A stretch of 63,933 bases of DNA, filler included, from Octopus bimaculoides (lineage: Eukaryota), in assembly GCF_001194135.2 (NCBI RefSeq). It is 6 parts of 6 records of this genome, joined end to end, with 100 filler letters (N's around TTAATTAATTAA, not from the genome) between each part and the next. Parts side by side here need not be neighbours in the genome. Positions count along the whole stretch, not along the records: positions 1 to 20,909 come from NC_068989.1; 5 more parts are not named here. One strand, written 5' to 3'. Under the pieces are notes generated by a model. It worked only from the letters and a program-made list of their open reading frames with translations, was not told where the DNA came from and made no database searches. The translations under genes and the position numbers were made by a program. Positions 1-12,815 of the stretch are shown here, one piece after another. Numbering within the stretch: the first letter of the stretch is position 1; each line of letters starts with the position of its first letter.

Positions 1-36
1 TATATATATATATATACATATATATTCATATGTATA

Positions 37-199
37 TACGACGGGCTTCTTTTCAGTTTCCGACTAACAAACCCACTCACATGGCTTTCGTCTGCCCGAG
101 GCTATAGTAGAAGACATTTGCACAAGGGGCAACGCAGTGGAACTGAACCCGGAGCCATGTAGTTTGGAAGCAAACTTCTTACTACACAATCACACCTGC
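37..199 (-). mobile_element. tRNA-derived SINE, family A, 5' half
   Basis: Reverse complement matches the family A copies at 2391 and 47171 (Pol III-like head, GGGTTCAGTTCC B-box-like motif, ...GAAAAGAAGCCCGTCGTA end abutting (TA)n). Confidence 0.85.
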
Positions 200-353
200 T
201 CTTATCGCTGTTTATGTGCTCGAAACTTCAAGTAATACAGAGCTGAATCGAATCGTTATTAAATACATGTAACTCCAACCAAAAGTATTGAGTGTTACTG
301 TTTTTCGTCTGTTCACATACTCATGTCTATACGTATAATCATACATACACGTT

Positions 354-385
<32 letters not shown>

Positions 386-1018
386 AGTATATATAATCCT
401 TGCTTCTGCATATGTGTGTACGCGCGCGTGCGTGTTTTTGTATGCCTCGGTGCTCTTTTAATCAGGTTTACAGATGCATGCCTAAATGTCTCGTGAATTT
501 AGGCATGATTGGTCTCCTCTATTTATCAGTCCACTTATCTTTTGAAGAACCCTTCTTTAAATGTCAAAATCTCTATGTCCTCCTGCCTGATCGATCTGTT
601 ATTTTGCACATTTTAGCATATATTATATTCTAACGCTAGCGCGAAGATATTTACTGAAATGGTTTAAAATATCGCTAGTATCTAGTTTCTCAGGACGTCA
701 GAAACAGGAAACTCTGAGCAGAAAATGATCGAAGCTTCAGTTTTGAAGAAAAGAACAAAGTGTATAAAATGTATTGAGTACATTTTTTTTTCTTTAGAAT
801 AGATTTATAAGCATATATTTGTGCGTGTGAGAGAGTGTGTGTATGCCTGTATGTGTGTAAGTGTGCGTGCGTGTGTCAAAAACAAAGAATTTGTATGTAC
901 GTACGTATATATATTTTCTCTCTCCTTTTTTCCTCTCCTTTTCTCTCTCCTTTTTCCTCTCCTTTTTTTCTCTCCTTTATTTCTCTCCTTGTTTCTCTCC
1001 TTGTTTCTTTCCGTGTTC

Positions 1019-1054
1019 CTTTCTGTAGAAGAGCGTAGGCTCGAAACGCTAAAG
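1019..1054 (+). ncRNA. Degenerate minimal type I hammerhead ribozyme motif
   Basis: CTTT-CTGTAGA-A-GAGC gtag GCTC-GAAA-C-GCT-AAAG. Stems I and II are intact; the core has A6>U and U16.1>C. Confidence 0.6.
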
Positions 1055-1105
1055 ACTTTCTCAATTCCCACCTGTCTTCGTCTGTTGTTTTTCTTTTGTG
1101 AATTC

Positions 1106-1145
<40 letters not shown>

Positions 1146-1147
<2 letters not shown>

Positions 1148-2387
1148 TATGAAATTTGTAGTAAGGTATATGGTAAACATTGACAGCTGCTCATTTTGCA
1201 CCATTATTATATTTTGACTATCTTTATTTTTTTGTTAGAAAGCTGACACATTTAGTTCCTTATTCTAACTAATTTTGCGCTTTATAAAGTATATATAAAT
1301 CGTCTTTTGTCGAAAATTCGCACATTTTTGAAATATGAGTTCTTTTTTGGAAATACAACATCATAGACATCTCGGAATATTCATGGAGTATTTCATTCTA
1401 ATGTTATTACACAGCAGACAGTATCAAATTGGCTTGCAAAATTTAGTTCTAGTAACTTTGACCTCACAAATGAGCAACGCAGTCGACCAGAAACAAAGGT
1501 GGATAATGACGAACTGAAAGACACCGTCTAGTCAGATCCAACTTAAAATGCTCGTGAATTATTGTTGTTGTTTGGTGTTAACAAGTAGACAATATTGACT
1601 CACCTTGTTCAAATCGGTAAAGTGAAAAAAATGGATAAGTGGGTTCCACATGAAAATCAGAAACAGCAACGTTTGGAAGTCTACATTATGCTTCTTTTTC
1701 ATCACATAAATGAATCATTTTAAAATCGAATTGCAACATGTGATGAGAAATGGATCCAATAAAGCAACCGTAAACGTTCGGCACAATGGTTGGACAAAGA
1801 GGAGACATCAAAACACAGTCCAAAAAGCAAAATTCATCAAAAGAAGCTGATGGTGTGCATTTGGTGGTCTGGCATAGGTGTGATCCATTATGATTTCATT
1901 AAACTTGGCTCGTCAATCACGGCCGAAGTATACTGCAGCCAACTGGACCAAATGATGCAGAAACTTACAAAAAATAGCCTAGATTAGTCAACAGATCCAC
2001 TCCTATTTTATTGCAAGACAACGCCAGACCATACATCGTAAAAATGAGATTGCCGAAACTACAGGAGTTGGATTTGGAAGTTCTCTATCATCCACAATAC
2101 TCACCTGATATTACCCCCACTGACTACCACTTCTTCCAGAATTTGGATAACTTTTTGATATGAAAATTTTAATTGCGACGATGCTGTAAAACAGGCCTTC
2201 CAAGATTTTACTGACTCTAGATTGCCAGGCTTTTACAGTTCCGGGCAGAACAAGCTACCGCTGAAATAGTAAAAGTGTATTGATAATATGGGTGCATACT
2301 TTGATGAGTAAAACTATTCCTTGTATTTATAAAACATTAGAAAACTTTTGTGTCGTTTCTACAAATCTCATACTTAACGACCTAATA
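1146..2387 (+). mobile_element. Mariner (DD34D) transposon, inactive
   Basis: Translated motifs WVPHE, TCDEKW, LQDNARP and YSPDITPTDYHFF with 34 residues between D2 and D3; stops and frameshifts present. Right end ...CTACAAATCTCATACTTAACGACCTAA+TA is partly inverted at 1146 (GGTATGAAATTTGTAG). Confidence 0.95.
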
Positions 2388-2390
2388 TAC

Positions 2391-2553
2391 AGGTGCAGGC
2401 GTAACTGCGTGGTAAAAAGCTTGCTTCTCAACCACATAGTTCTGGGTTCAGTCCGACTGCATGACACCTTGGGCAAGTGTCTTCTACTATAACCTCAGGC
2501 CGACCAAAGCCTTGTGAATGGATTTGGTAAACGGAAGCTAAAAGAAGCCCATC

Positions 2554-2638
<85 letters not shown>

Positions 2639-2760
2639 TCCCTCCCTCACCATCGCTTGACAACCGATGTTGACGTGTTTACGACCCCATAACTTCGGCG
2701 AAAGATACTGATAGAATAAATACTGGGTTTACAAAGAATAAGTCCTGAAACAAGTAAAAC
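2391..2760 (+). mobile_element. tRNA-derived SINE, family A, bipartite with internal (TA)n(TG)n
   Basis: Head GCGTAACTGCGTGGTAAAAAG...GGGTTCAGTCC, microsatellite ~2555-2633, then a 3' module matching 60161-60330 and 62480-62685. Confidence 0.9.
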
Positions 2761-3255
2761 AATACAAGAATGTATACATACATATATGCATACATGCATG
2801 CATACACATATACACACATATATGAAGCTTTATGTTAAAAAATCACATTAGACGTCTGATAACATTCAATGTTTAAAAAAATTTAAGTCACAGAATAATA
2901 ATGAGATAAGAATTCTAAATCATTGTGTTCAACATGATTTTTCTGGCTATTATGAATTCAGCACCATTTCCTTAATTGCAGATATCTACTCCGTTGCTTA
3001 CAATCTTGCAAGAAGAATACTTGATCGTAACTGAATGGAAAACCACCCACTCAACATCGTAAAATACTCTGTTCCGACCCCTGTTTTACCCCGAAGACCT
3101 AATATATATATATTTATATCAAATTGCTTATTTCATTGATTTATTGGTCTATACTGATTACCTAATACAGTTCTATATTTAAGAGATGAGGAATTATGTA
3201 CATTATTTACATTATTTACATTTGACAGATATTTGTCCTCATCTTGTTTGTTGTT

Positions 3256-3301
3256 AACACAACGCTTCGGCTGATATACCCTCCAGCTTTCATCAGGTGT
3301 C
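3256..3301 (-). ncRNA. Type I hammerhead motif, one core lesion
   Basis: GACAC-CTGATGA-AAGCTG gagggtatat CAGCC-GAAG-C-GTT-GTGTT (GAAA>GAAG). Confidence 0.75.
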
Positions 3302-3350
3302 TTGGGGAAATTTCGAACCTGGGTTCTCATTCCTAAGGTATTTTTCGATG

Positions 3351-3406
<56 letters not shown>

Positions 3407-3463
3407 ATCCCTGCTTGGAATTGAACTCGCAATCTTGGGGTTCTTAACCACTACGCCATATGA

Positions 3464-3527
<64 letters not shown>

Positions 3528-3585
3528 CAACAACAACATCGAAAAATACCTTAGGAATGAGAACCTAGGTTCAAAATTTCCCCAA

Positions 3586-3632
3586 GGCATTTGATGAAGG
3601 CTGGAAAAGTATATCAGCCGAAACGTTCTGTT
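3586..3632 (+). ncRNA. Type I hammerhead motif, inverted partner copy
   Basis: GGCAT-TTGATGA-A-GGCTG gaaaagtatat CAGCC-GAAA-C-GTT-CTGTT (C3>U, stem I mismatches). Confidence 0.7.
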
Positions 3633-4674
3633 AACAACAAACAAGATGAGGACAAATATCCGTCAAATGTAAATAGTGTAAATAATGATTACCTAATGTT
3701 TTTAGTAATTTTCTGGCAACTCATATTGAAAATGTATATTTGAAAGATATAACGACGCGGAAAGAGATTTGAAATCAGACTTGAGAATAAAACTGCAAGA
3801 TTTTTAATCAGCAGTTCTCGTGTTTACACTAATTCATTGCCTCACTAAATACACAGAAGTATCGGAGCGCTCTAATGATTGATTGCTCAATTAGCAAGTA
3901 CAAATAACTCAATAATGAAGGAATAAATTTGTTTGCTGAGTGGAAGGTGAAAAATTTGCTTATTGGATAGCTTTTTGTAATGAATTAAAACGATACTGCT
4001 ACTGATTTCCTAGATACTGTGATATAAAATACACTGTCAAAAGCCATGGAATTTCAAAATAGAATGCGGACAGAAGAAATTTAATACTTTCTCCTACACA
4101 TTGTTACTCATATAAAAAAAGTTACCAACTAAATGAAACAGTATACATGAATGGGTTATTCATTTCAATGTCTCTTGTTAATATTCATGGTATTATGTCC
4201 AATAAGTCTTAGCTAGCATTAATAATGAAAAAATGGAGTAAAAGTAAAGACATGAAAAACTCATATTGTCTAACAATAATGACAATGAAATCTACCTGGA
4301 ATTCTTTGATTACTTCACAGTCAAAGAGTATTTAGGTCCTTAATATATTAAATGTAGAGCCTTGTTCTAAGAAAACTAATCAACCGATATACCAAAAACC
4401 ATAGATATATTGAGTGTTGTCACTTCTCAATACTTCCAGTTAGGATTTAGACCAGTTAATAACGATGTATTTCTTAAATCCGGCACTAACGTTTAACTAA
4501 GTCTTTTTAGATACATACACACATATATTCATATATACAAACACACACACACACAAGCACGCACAGAGACGCGCATGCACACACACATACAGACACATAT
4601 GCACACTCATTCAAACACACACATATAGTCGTATATGTAAGGGTGGTTGTGGATATTTCGGTATGTTTGGGGAT

Positions 4675-4830
4675 TTTTACTTTGCGCGCATAAACGGAAG
4701 TAGGGTATTGCAATCACAAGTCTTTGTCTGTGTGTGTTTGCAAAATTACTGGAAAACGGCTGAACGGATTTTCACCATCACTGGAAGAAATACTCGTAGA
4801 ATTGCTCGAAATTATGAAACTTTTGGTTTG
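4675..4830 (+). mobile_element. Possible Helentron/HINE (DINE-like) fragment
   Basis: TTTTTACTTTGCGCGC...GGGTATTGCAATC...TTTGTCTGTGTGTGTTTGCAAAATTACTGGAAAACGGCTGAACGGATTTTC resembles the recalled HINE 5' core. Confidence 0.4.
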
Positions 4831-5180
4831 ACTATCTTCAAATATACATAAATACATACATAGATATGCTACACTGTGTGTGTACAGTGATATACGTGTG
4901 TGTGTACAGTGATAGATTCGAGGGTTTCGTGTGTGTACGTGAGTGTGTGCGAATGTGTGTGCGAATGTGTGTACAGTGATAGATTTGAGGGATTCGTTTA
5001 TTTACAAGTTGATTTCTTAATTTCACCGGAATATAAATACCTATAATGGTGAAGCACATCTCAAATTCTATGGAATATTTTCTATAAGTATTTCATTTTG
5101 TTCACATTCTTTCTCGTATAAATCAGCCATCGTCTGCGTGTGTATAGATCATGGTGTACCTATACATATATATGCGACTC

Positions 5181-5266
<86 letters not shown>

Positions 5267-7449
5267 TGTGTGTACAGTGACGGATTCGAGGCTTTCGTCT
5301 ATTTACGAGTTGATTTCTTAATTTCACCGGAGTATAAATCCCTATAATGGTGATACTTAAAGAATAAAACATTAATTCAGTTCAATTAAAAAGCAACACA
5401 TTGTAAGCCACACTATAATTTGCGAAAAAATTTCATTATCTTGTTTCCACTAATGAAGCACAACGTGCAGAATCACTCAACCCATAATATTTTTGGTTTT
5501 CAAAATAAATCAGCAATTCCTTTCTGGTCACTGTTTTGGTTGTCCAGACATTTCTTGGTGGCTCATTCCTTCCCACCTAACAGAAAATAAATATCTACGC
5601 AGGAAAGGTACAATTCAAAACCTTAAGAGCAAAAAGTTCCATATTAAAAACGATTATTTCAGCATAATCATCATGACTTCCCGTCAAACTGGATAACAGA
5701 ACAGTTAAGAATAGAATTGAGGTCCTATTGTTTAGTCACATACAAATGATTCAAAGCCCGCCTTGCAATTAGATCTAGGTTTTTACGCAATTTAATTGAT
5801 TAAATGCACGTAATAAATTGTGAACCATACTTCTCTGCCTACATAAGACTCATTTGCTGCTGGTGTCCAAACTCTTGTGGATTTTTTATTTGGCAGAAAA
5901 AGATAAATGACTTCCAACTTCTGATGTTAGAATATAATTTGTGTGCTTTCACATCAGTAAATTGCATTGCAAATGTTAATCTCACAATCCGTCGATTAAT
6001 TGAAGAGGTTTTGAAACCTTTGAGTATCAAATCCCCTTGGAAACACAACATTATAATGATACAATTTGTCCTCGTTTATTATTTTTTGCTATATTAGGTA
6101 ACAGGCAGTATACTTAAAAAGTTTGCAACATACGCTGTTTCCACTCTTCAGCAACTTAGAAAATTACTATTCTTTTCTCTTTTTTTACTACAGCGTCCAG
6201 TGAATCAAACAATTGCGAATAAAATTTGGTCGTCTGTACTGTAAACCATTCTTGTTCTTGATTGGTAGATTTTTCCTGGCGATCGGCTTTACACAACACC
6301 GGGCCACTCAGTATCTTAAGCAGATCCTAACTTCGTTGCAAGCATTCAAGGCCGGTTTCCGGTCGCAAGACAACTTCCTAGATTTCTCCCGCTAACCCGC
6401 AGAGCTAGTAAAAGTGTTGCCCTTACTCTTATGATTAAAGCATTAGAAATAGCTATAACAAGTAAAAAATATAAATAGTAATATGGGAACATTCTTTGCT
6501 ATATTGATAGAGTTACCCGTCATATCACTTGGTAACGTTGGAACTATACTTTTGTCACCATTGTTAATATCCAAAACTATGGCATATAGGCAATAATTAT
6601 TATTTAACTTCGATCGATCTTTTTGGTGCTTATACAAAATGATAAAATGAAGACTAATTTTCAAAAGAAAACTATTTATTGCCTTAAAATAAAATTAAAT
6701 TATACAAATTTCTCATTATTACATCGATCATTTTCTATGCCGCCTCCTCCTCCATGACCCTTTCTTTCTCACTGTGTGTATATGTTTATGTAACATTCTT
6801 TTACTCATTTCTTGCCATCAAGAATTATTATTTGCGCTCATCCTGCACATTTTGTGTTAAATATTTGTGTATCTGTCCTTCAATCTCTTTCCACCACTCC
6901 TAAAAAGATCTAAAGATCTGGAGAATTCAACCAGCTAGCCATCATTTAGATCAGAAATTATTATATATAGATTACCAAGATAAATAATACATTAGCTCGA
7001 AAATATTTCCATCTTAACTAACATACGCTTCAATTGATAGAGATTGAAATTATCAAAAAAAAAGAAAGAGTAGATTATATTGTAATATGAAGTATTCAGT
7101 GAGCAAAATTTCTCTAAAGAGGTATGTGTGTATGTATGCATCATTTATATATGTATACATGTATATATGTATATGTGTGTACGTGGGTAGGTGGGTGGGT
7201 GAGTGGGTATGAGTGTGTGTATATCAATCCTTTGTCACTGTCACCAGTGTTAATTACTGCTATAAAGTTGTAAGTAACGATGACATTGCTCTTAAAATGC
7301 AACGTAATATATAATATCCGCTACCGCCATCGTCCTTGTTCAACACTAACATTTCTATGGTTTAACAACTCTCACATGTGTAGTCTACGTGATTGTATAG
7401 AGTTAACATGAAAGAAAGGTAGCTACATATTCTATTATTTACGAGATTT

Positions 7450-7673
7450 CAGGGCAGTGAGCTGGTAGAATCGTTAGCACGCCGCGCGAAATGCTTAGCA
7501 GTATTTCGTCCGCCGTTACGTTCTGAGTTCAAATTCCGCCGAGGTCGACTTTGCCTTTCATCCGTTCGGTGTCGATTAAATAAATACCAGTTACGCACTG
7601 GGGTCAATGTAATCGACTTAAACCCTTGTTTGTCTCCCATATGTTTAGCTCCCTGTGGGCAATAAATAAATAA
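7450..7673 (+). mobile_element. SINE family B with Tx1-type tail
   Basis: GAGCTGGTAGAATCGTTAGCACGCC...GAGTTCAAATTCC...GGGGTCAATGTAATCGACT...CCCTGTGGGCAATAAATAAA. Confidence 0.9.
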
Positions 7674-7752
7674 TTATTTATGAGATCTAGATATAAGTAA
7701 TGAGAACATGATGTCTATTGTATTTGATGACATTAATACATATATACTTTAA

Positions 7753-7935
7753 GGCAGCCGGCTGGCAGAATCGTTAGCATTATTGGCAAAATGCTTAGCG
7801 GCATTTCGTCCGTCTTTACTTTCTGAGTTCAAATTTCGGCCGAGGTTGAATTTGCTTTACATTTTCTCGGGATCAATAAAATTAGTACCAGTTCAGCATT
7901 GGAGTCGACGTTATCGACTTGACCCCCTCCCTCAG
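7753..7935 (+). mobile_element. SINE family B, diverged
   Basis: Same head and body as the 7450 copy. Confidence 0.85.
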
Positions 7936-9555
7936 AGTTGCTTGAAACCAATATATACTTCCTTTTGATTTCCAATAGGAGAATCAGAAGAAATTTATTC
8001 CAATGTAATCGTTTCTGAAAAATCTGTCGATATGGTTGATGCCTAAGAGACACCTGAGACTTGTTGACAGTAGGCATCAATCACTGTGTCATAAACATAA
8101 TTTATAACTCTCAGAGATAGACAGACGATCATCCTACAGTAGATGACTAGAAAAATATTTTCTTGCACAACGCAGTTTATATATAATGCAGCAACTAATT
8201 ATTTGCAGCGACGCAGCACCAATCGTAAAAACTGATTGGTTAACTAAATACCAAATTTTACATTGAGCTATAGAATTGTAGTTAGATTTTTTTTTTACTT
8301 GAGGCTATATATTCTCTCTATGAATGCCGCTAATTGCAAATTATGACTCACGCTTAATGGATTAAAATCTTATATCTGTTTTAATTCATTTGCTATAAAT
8401 TTACGATAAAATATAAAGTGCTTCCGAAACCTCTATGACCCTCATACGAATACAGTGTCGAGAGAAGCTAGTTGATAAAATATTGGAATTCTAGATTCTT
8501 GTTTGTCTGGAATAGATTATTTTCCTCAATATGCAGCTCTTTTAGTGTCATGCTTAACAGAAACATACCTGTACCCAGTAGACTATCGATTTCTTATGGA
8601 AGTGTAAATAAAGAGAGTCATGAGAGCGTCGGATGTAACGCTTAACATTTTGTTCTGAGTCTACCTGCGGTCTCAGATCTAATTCTTCAGATGTCACCTG
8701 TAACTCTTCGTCATATCGCAATCGATAAAATACCAATCTCGGACTAAACTGTGAGAATATCATACCAAATGTCTTTCGGTATTTATTCTGGTTCTTTGTG
8801 TTCTAAGTTCAAATCCCGCCGTTGCTTCTATGGGCGGTAGATATAATCTGTCACCAGGTTTACACTTCCGCCCGGTCATTTGAATATGTTTAGTGGTGTC
8901 CGCTTTGTTGGAAGCACTCGGGCCACGTCATCAGATGAAGGATACTTTCTCTCTTCCTTCCCATCATTCTCCGATGCTGTGCAAAGTGTCATGGACACCA
9001 CACTTCCTAATGTTTCATCGTCCATAGCTCAAAATGAAACAAAGTCCCAAAGATTCAGTCTTCGAGGACCGAAAGTATGATATTGATTTCTTATATTTAC
9101 AGTGAGATATAAACGATTGGTAAGTGTGGAGACGATCCCGAGTGAATATTGTTACTTCTTTTATTCTCCCTAACATTAATAAAGGAACGGATGCACAGTT
9201 TAGCTTCAAACAAGAAATATTAATACTGATTTTATCACTCGACCTACTCAAAATAATGTTTTAGCAAGCACTAATAATAAATGCAAAAGGTGTATATCGG
9301 AGACGCATCTTGTCATAATTGCTCGAAATGTGGAGTAGATAAACTGCTGACAACTGATGAAGGGTCGTTCTTTATGTTACTTGTCTTGTTTTCCATTTGT
9401 TACTTTCGTTGTTCGCAAAAAAGTTCGTTTTCCATGTTTTCGTATTTCGTATTTCATGTTGTTTACGTTTTATGAGGTCCTGTACCCATATATACATATG
9501 TATATACATATATATGTAAGTTTGTACATATATGTATGTATATATGCATACACAT

Positions 9556-9631
<76 letters not shown>

Positions 9632-10671
9632 TATATCATTATATAATTGAACGCCATGCATCCATGTCTAAGTATATATATATATATATGACATATATAC
9701 ATCCATACGCACACACATACACACACACACACACACACTTACAAATATTGATATTATTTATCACCTGTTGCACTATTAATGAAGAACGATTGTATGTGTA
9801 TTTAATATATTGATGTTGACGCAGATGTTTTCTGGCATAAAGAACCAAATATTATTCCGGCTTTATATTAAACTTCAATAAATATGTGGAATGTGTATGT
9901 GTCTGTTGTGTGTGCTTGTGTGTATGAGTGTGTGCTGGTGCTACGTTATAAGTAGCCTAATAGGCATTGATATTAGGTTGTGTTATGTAATGTCACATGA
10001 CTGAACCCAAGAGCTTTCAATCTGATTTTATCGTTTACCTCAAAGTTGATCAACATAATACATCAAAATAGTGGTGCAGTATGTTTGAATGCGGGTAAAG
10101 AATAAAAACAGTAATACTAGTCATTCCGGGACAGATTCAAAATCCTCTTACGGTCACTCTACGATGCTTTTACGGATTATAGGCGGGTAACAGGAGGCTG
10201 TACTGATAAATGACAGCCTTTCATTTGGTTTGCGGTAGTATCTCTATATGAACCGGCGCCCAAGTTGAGCGTCAGCTGACACAGCTGATCCCCTTCGGCT
10301 ACATCTGGAATTATACAATTGGAGGCAATTCCTCTTTCTCTCCCAGTTAAATATCTTTTATTGTTTTGTTCTTTTCACCAAGCAAACCAAGACTGTGTAT
10401 TTATCGTTGTTAGTAGATGCGAAACCTACGGTAACTTTCTGACCTATCATATGCCATAAGCAGGAATACACACTTATCGGCGATATAAAAGTGTAACCGT
10501 TCAAATTCTCTTTTAGAGCGTGCTTTTTGCTCTGACTTATGAACACCTTACCAATAATGTACATATATACATATATGTTTGTGTATGCACACACACACAC
10601 ACATACATACAGGCATATATGTGTGTGAGTGTGTGGGTATATGTATGTTTCTATTTATGTACGTATGTGTG

Positions 10672-11057
10672 TGGGGAGGTGCAATGGCCCAGTGGTTAGG
10701 GCAGCGGACTCGTGGTCATAGGATCGCGGTTTCGATTCCCAGACCGGGCGTTGTGAGTGTTTATTGGGCGAAAACACCTAAAGCTCCACGAGGCTCCGGC
10801 AGGGGATGGTGGCGAACCTTGCTGTACTCTTTCACCACAACTTTCTCTCACTCTTACTTCCTGTTTCTGTTGTGCCTGTAATTCAAAGGGTCAGCCTTGT
10901 CACACTGTGTCACGCTGAATATCCCCGAGAACTCTGTTAAGGGTACACGTTTCTGTGGAGTGCTCAGCCATATGCACGTTAATTTCACGAGCAGGTTGTT
11001 CCGTTGATCGAATCAACTGGAACCCTCGACGTCGTAATCGACGGAGAGCCAACAACG
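10672..11057 (+). mobile_element. tRNA-derived SINE family C, full length
   Basis: A box TGGCCCAGTGG, B box GGTTTCGATTCC, (AAC)n tail; body nearly identical to 58960-59272. Confidence 0.9.
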
Positions 11058-11299
11058 AGTGTGTGTGTATGTATGTGTGTGNNNNNNNNNNGGGGGGGGG
11101 GGGGTTGTGTGTGTTGTGTGTGTATGTATGTGTGTGTGTGCGTGTGTGTTGTATGTGTTGTGTGTGTGCGTATGCAACGGTAGACGACAATGGAGAGTCT
11201 GGGCGGTAGCACACCAGAGCCAGTCTCTTACTCTGCTTACTTTTGGTACTATCATTTCCCATAAAATATGTGCACACTTTAAGAAATTGAGGTGCTGTA

Positions 11300-12765
11300 A
11301 TAATGATCAATTATTTATATGAAGAGCATGTCCCTGAGCAGATCGAGTGAGCAATGCATTTTTCATCGTTTCTCGATAATTCCTCCTCGCTTATTTCATC
11401 AATAAGCATGGTGAAAGTGTAAATGTCACGATTTTTCATCAAAGCATAGTCATTTAAAATGCTTGCCATTTTTGTTTGCTGAAAGGAACAAATGTTATGG
11501 TTTGTTAATTATTAACAGTGAAAGTTGTGCAACTCGTTGGTAAGCTGTCGACAGTCTTGATTCTCAAAAGACTTCAACTTCTTTTGGAGATTTCTCACTG
11601 TATTCAATAGCCCCAGGGAGAGATAGGATCTATCAAAAATAATTGTCTTTGACTCATCATTCAAAGATGATTTTATCAAAGTAATCAATTGCGTCCTCTG
11701 ATTGTGACATTGGGAGTAACATTAGAAATCAACAATTAATTCCTGATATTTCATCCATATTAGAAGGATAAAATTCAATACTAAAATCGGAGGAATGTTA
11801 TCTCAAAAGGGACGCAACCAACTGAATATCTAATGATATTTACGCTATTGTGTTGGCTTTTATACCACTCCACTGCCCTACAACCCATACTAAATCTGAT
11901 ACAGTCTATATTATTTAAATATAAATTCATGTGCAGTTTATTTACTAAAAAGAAAAAAAGTAGTTTTCGAGATCATTAATCTATTTCTTGCACAGGACCA
12001 ATGACCTTTAAATAAACACGCATCATTAGCTACAATATAAGCTTTATTGATCTTAATTTACAGAAAATGGAGTTTAGAATGCCACGTAAAAATGAATTTT
12101 CAGTTGTTATTGATCGCACTCGACTCGCCCAAAATTCTGTATATCTTCATGTGTTAACAGAAACTGGGAAATCAGAATTCTTTCCACGCATATCTTTGGT
12201 TGAAATTGTGTTGGAATAGCTTCAATTGTGAATCAAATCAGTGTCGAGAATCAATGACATCAGAGAAACATCGAAGAAATACCTACTCTTTTAATACCAA
12301 ACCCACACGGACTATCCCTCCTCCTTAGATCTCTGATACAAACTTTCCTTTTTTAAAGTGATATAATAATTTATGTCAATTTATGTCCCAGAATGCAACT
12401 ATATTAACTTTTTCTAATTTTATCACAAGGCTAGCAATTTTGAGGGAGGGGGATAGTCAGTTATACCGATCCCAATACAAAACTGGTATTTATTTTATCG
12501 ACCCCGTAAGGATGAAAGGCAAATTGACATCGGCACAATTTGAAATCAGAACTTAATGATTTGGAAGAAATATCACAAAACATTCATTCCAACGCTATCA
12601 CTTCTAATTCATCATCAATGACTAGTTTGCCCAATGATGTCTTAGCTCTGACCGAAACTTCCATCTCACTGTCTTTTATAAGGGAATAATAAATTTGTAC
12701 TCTAAAAAAGTAGAGTAATCCTTCAGGTTAATGTACAAGTGTTTTCGTTATAACTGAATATAAAA

Positions 12766-12815
<50 letters not shown>

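Larger units (their letters stand above)
3167..3685 (-). mobile_element. tRNA-headed, hammerhead-bearing non-autonomous retroelement with inverted duplication
   Basis: Inverted arms 3201-3402 and 3464-3687; tRNA-like A/B boxes on the minus strand in the spacer; 12-bp direct repeat TGATTACCTAAT at 3155-3166 and 3686-3697. Confidence 0.8.

Noticed and set aside
3402-3463. Possible tRNA gene
   Set aside because: A and B boxes are present but the anticodon arm is missing and there is no acceptor stem; treated as a SINE head. No genuine tRNA, rRNA or CRISPR array was seen in the window.
8430-9450. Protein-like minus-strand stretches (MDDETLGSVVSMTLC...)
   Set aside because: Short, stop-interrupted and unassignable to a gene or TE family by eye.
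10177-10304. Possible terminal exon on the minus strand (DVAEGDQLCQLTLNLGAGSY...)
   Set aside because: Only an AG and a short open frame; no homology, and its phase does not match the 18.8-kb candidate.
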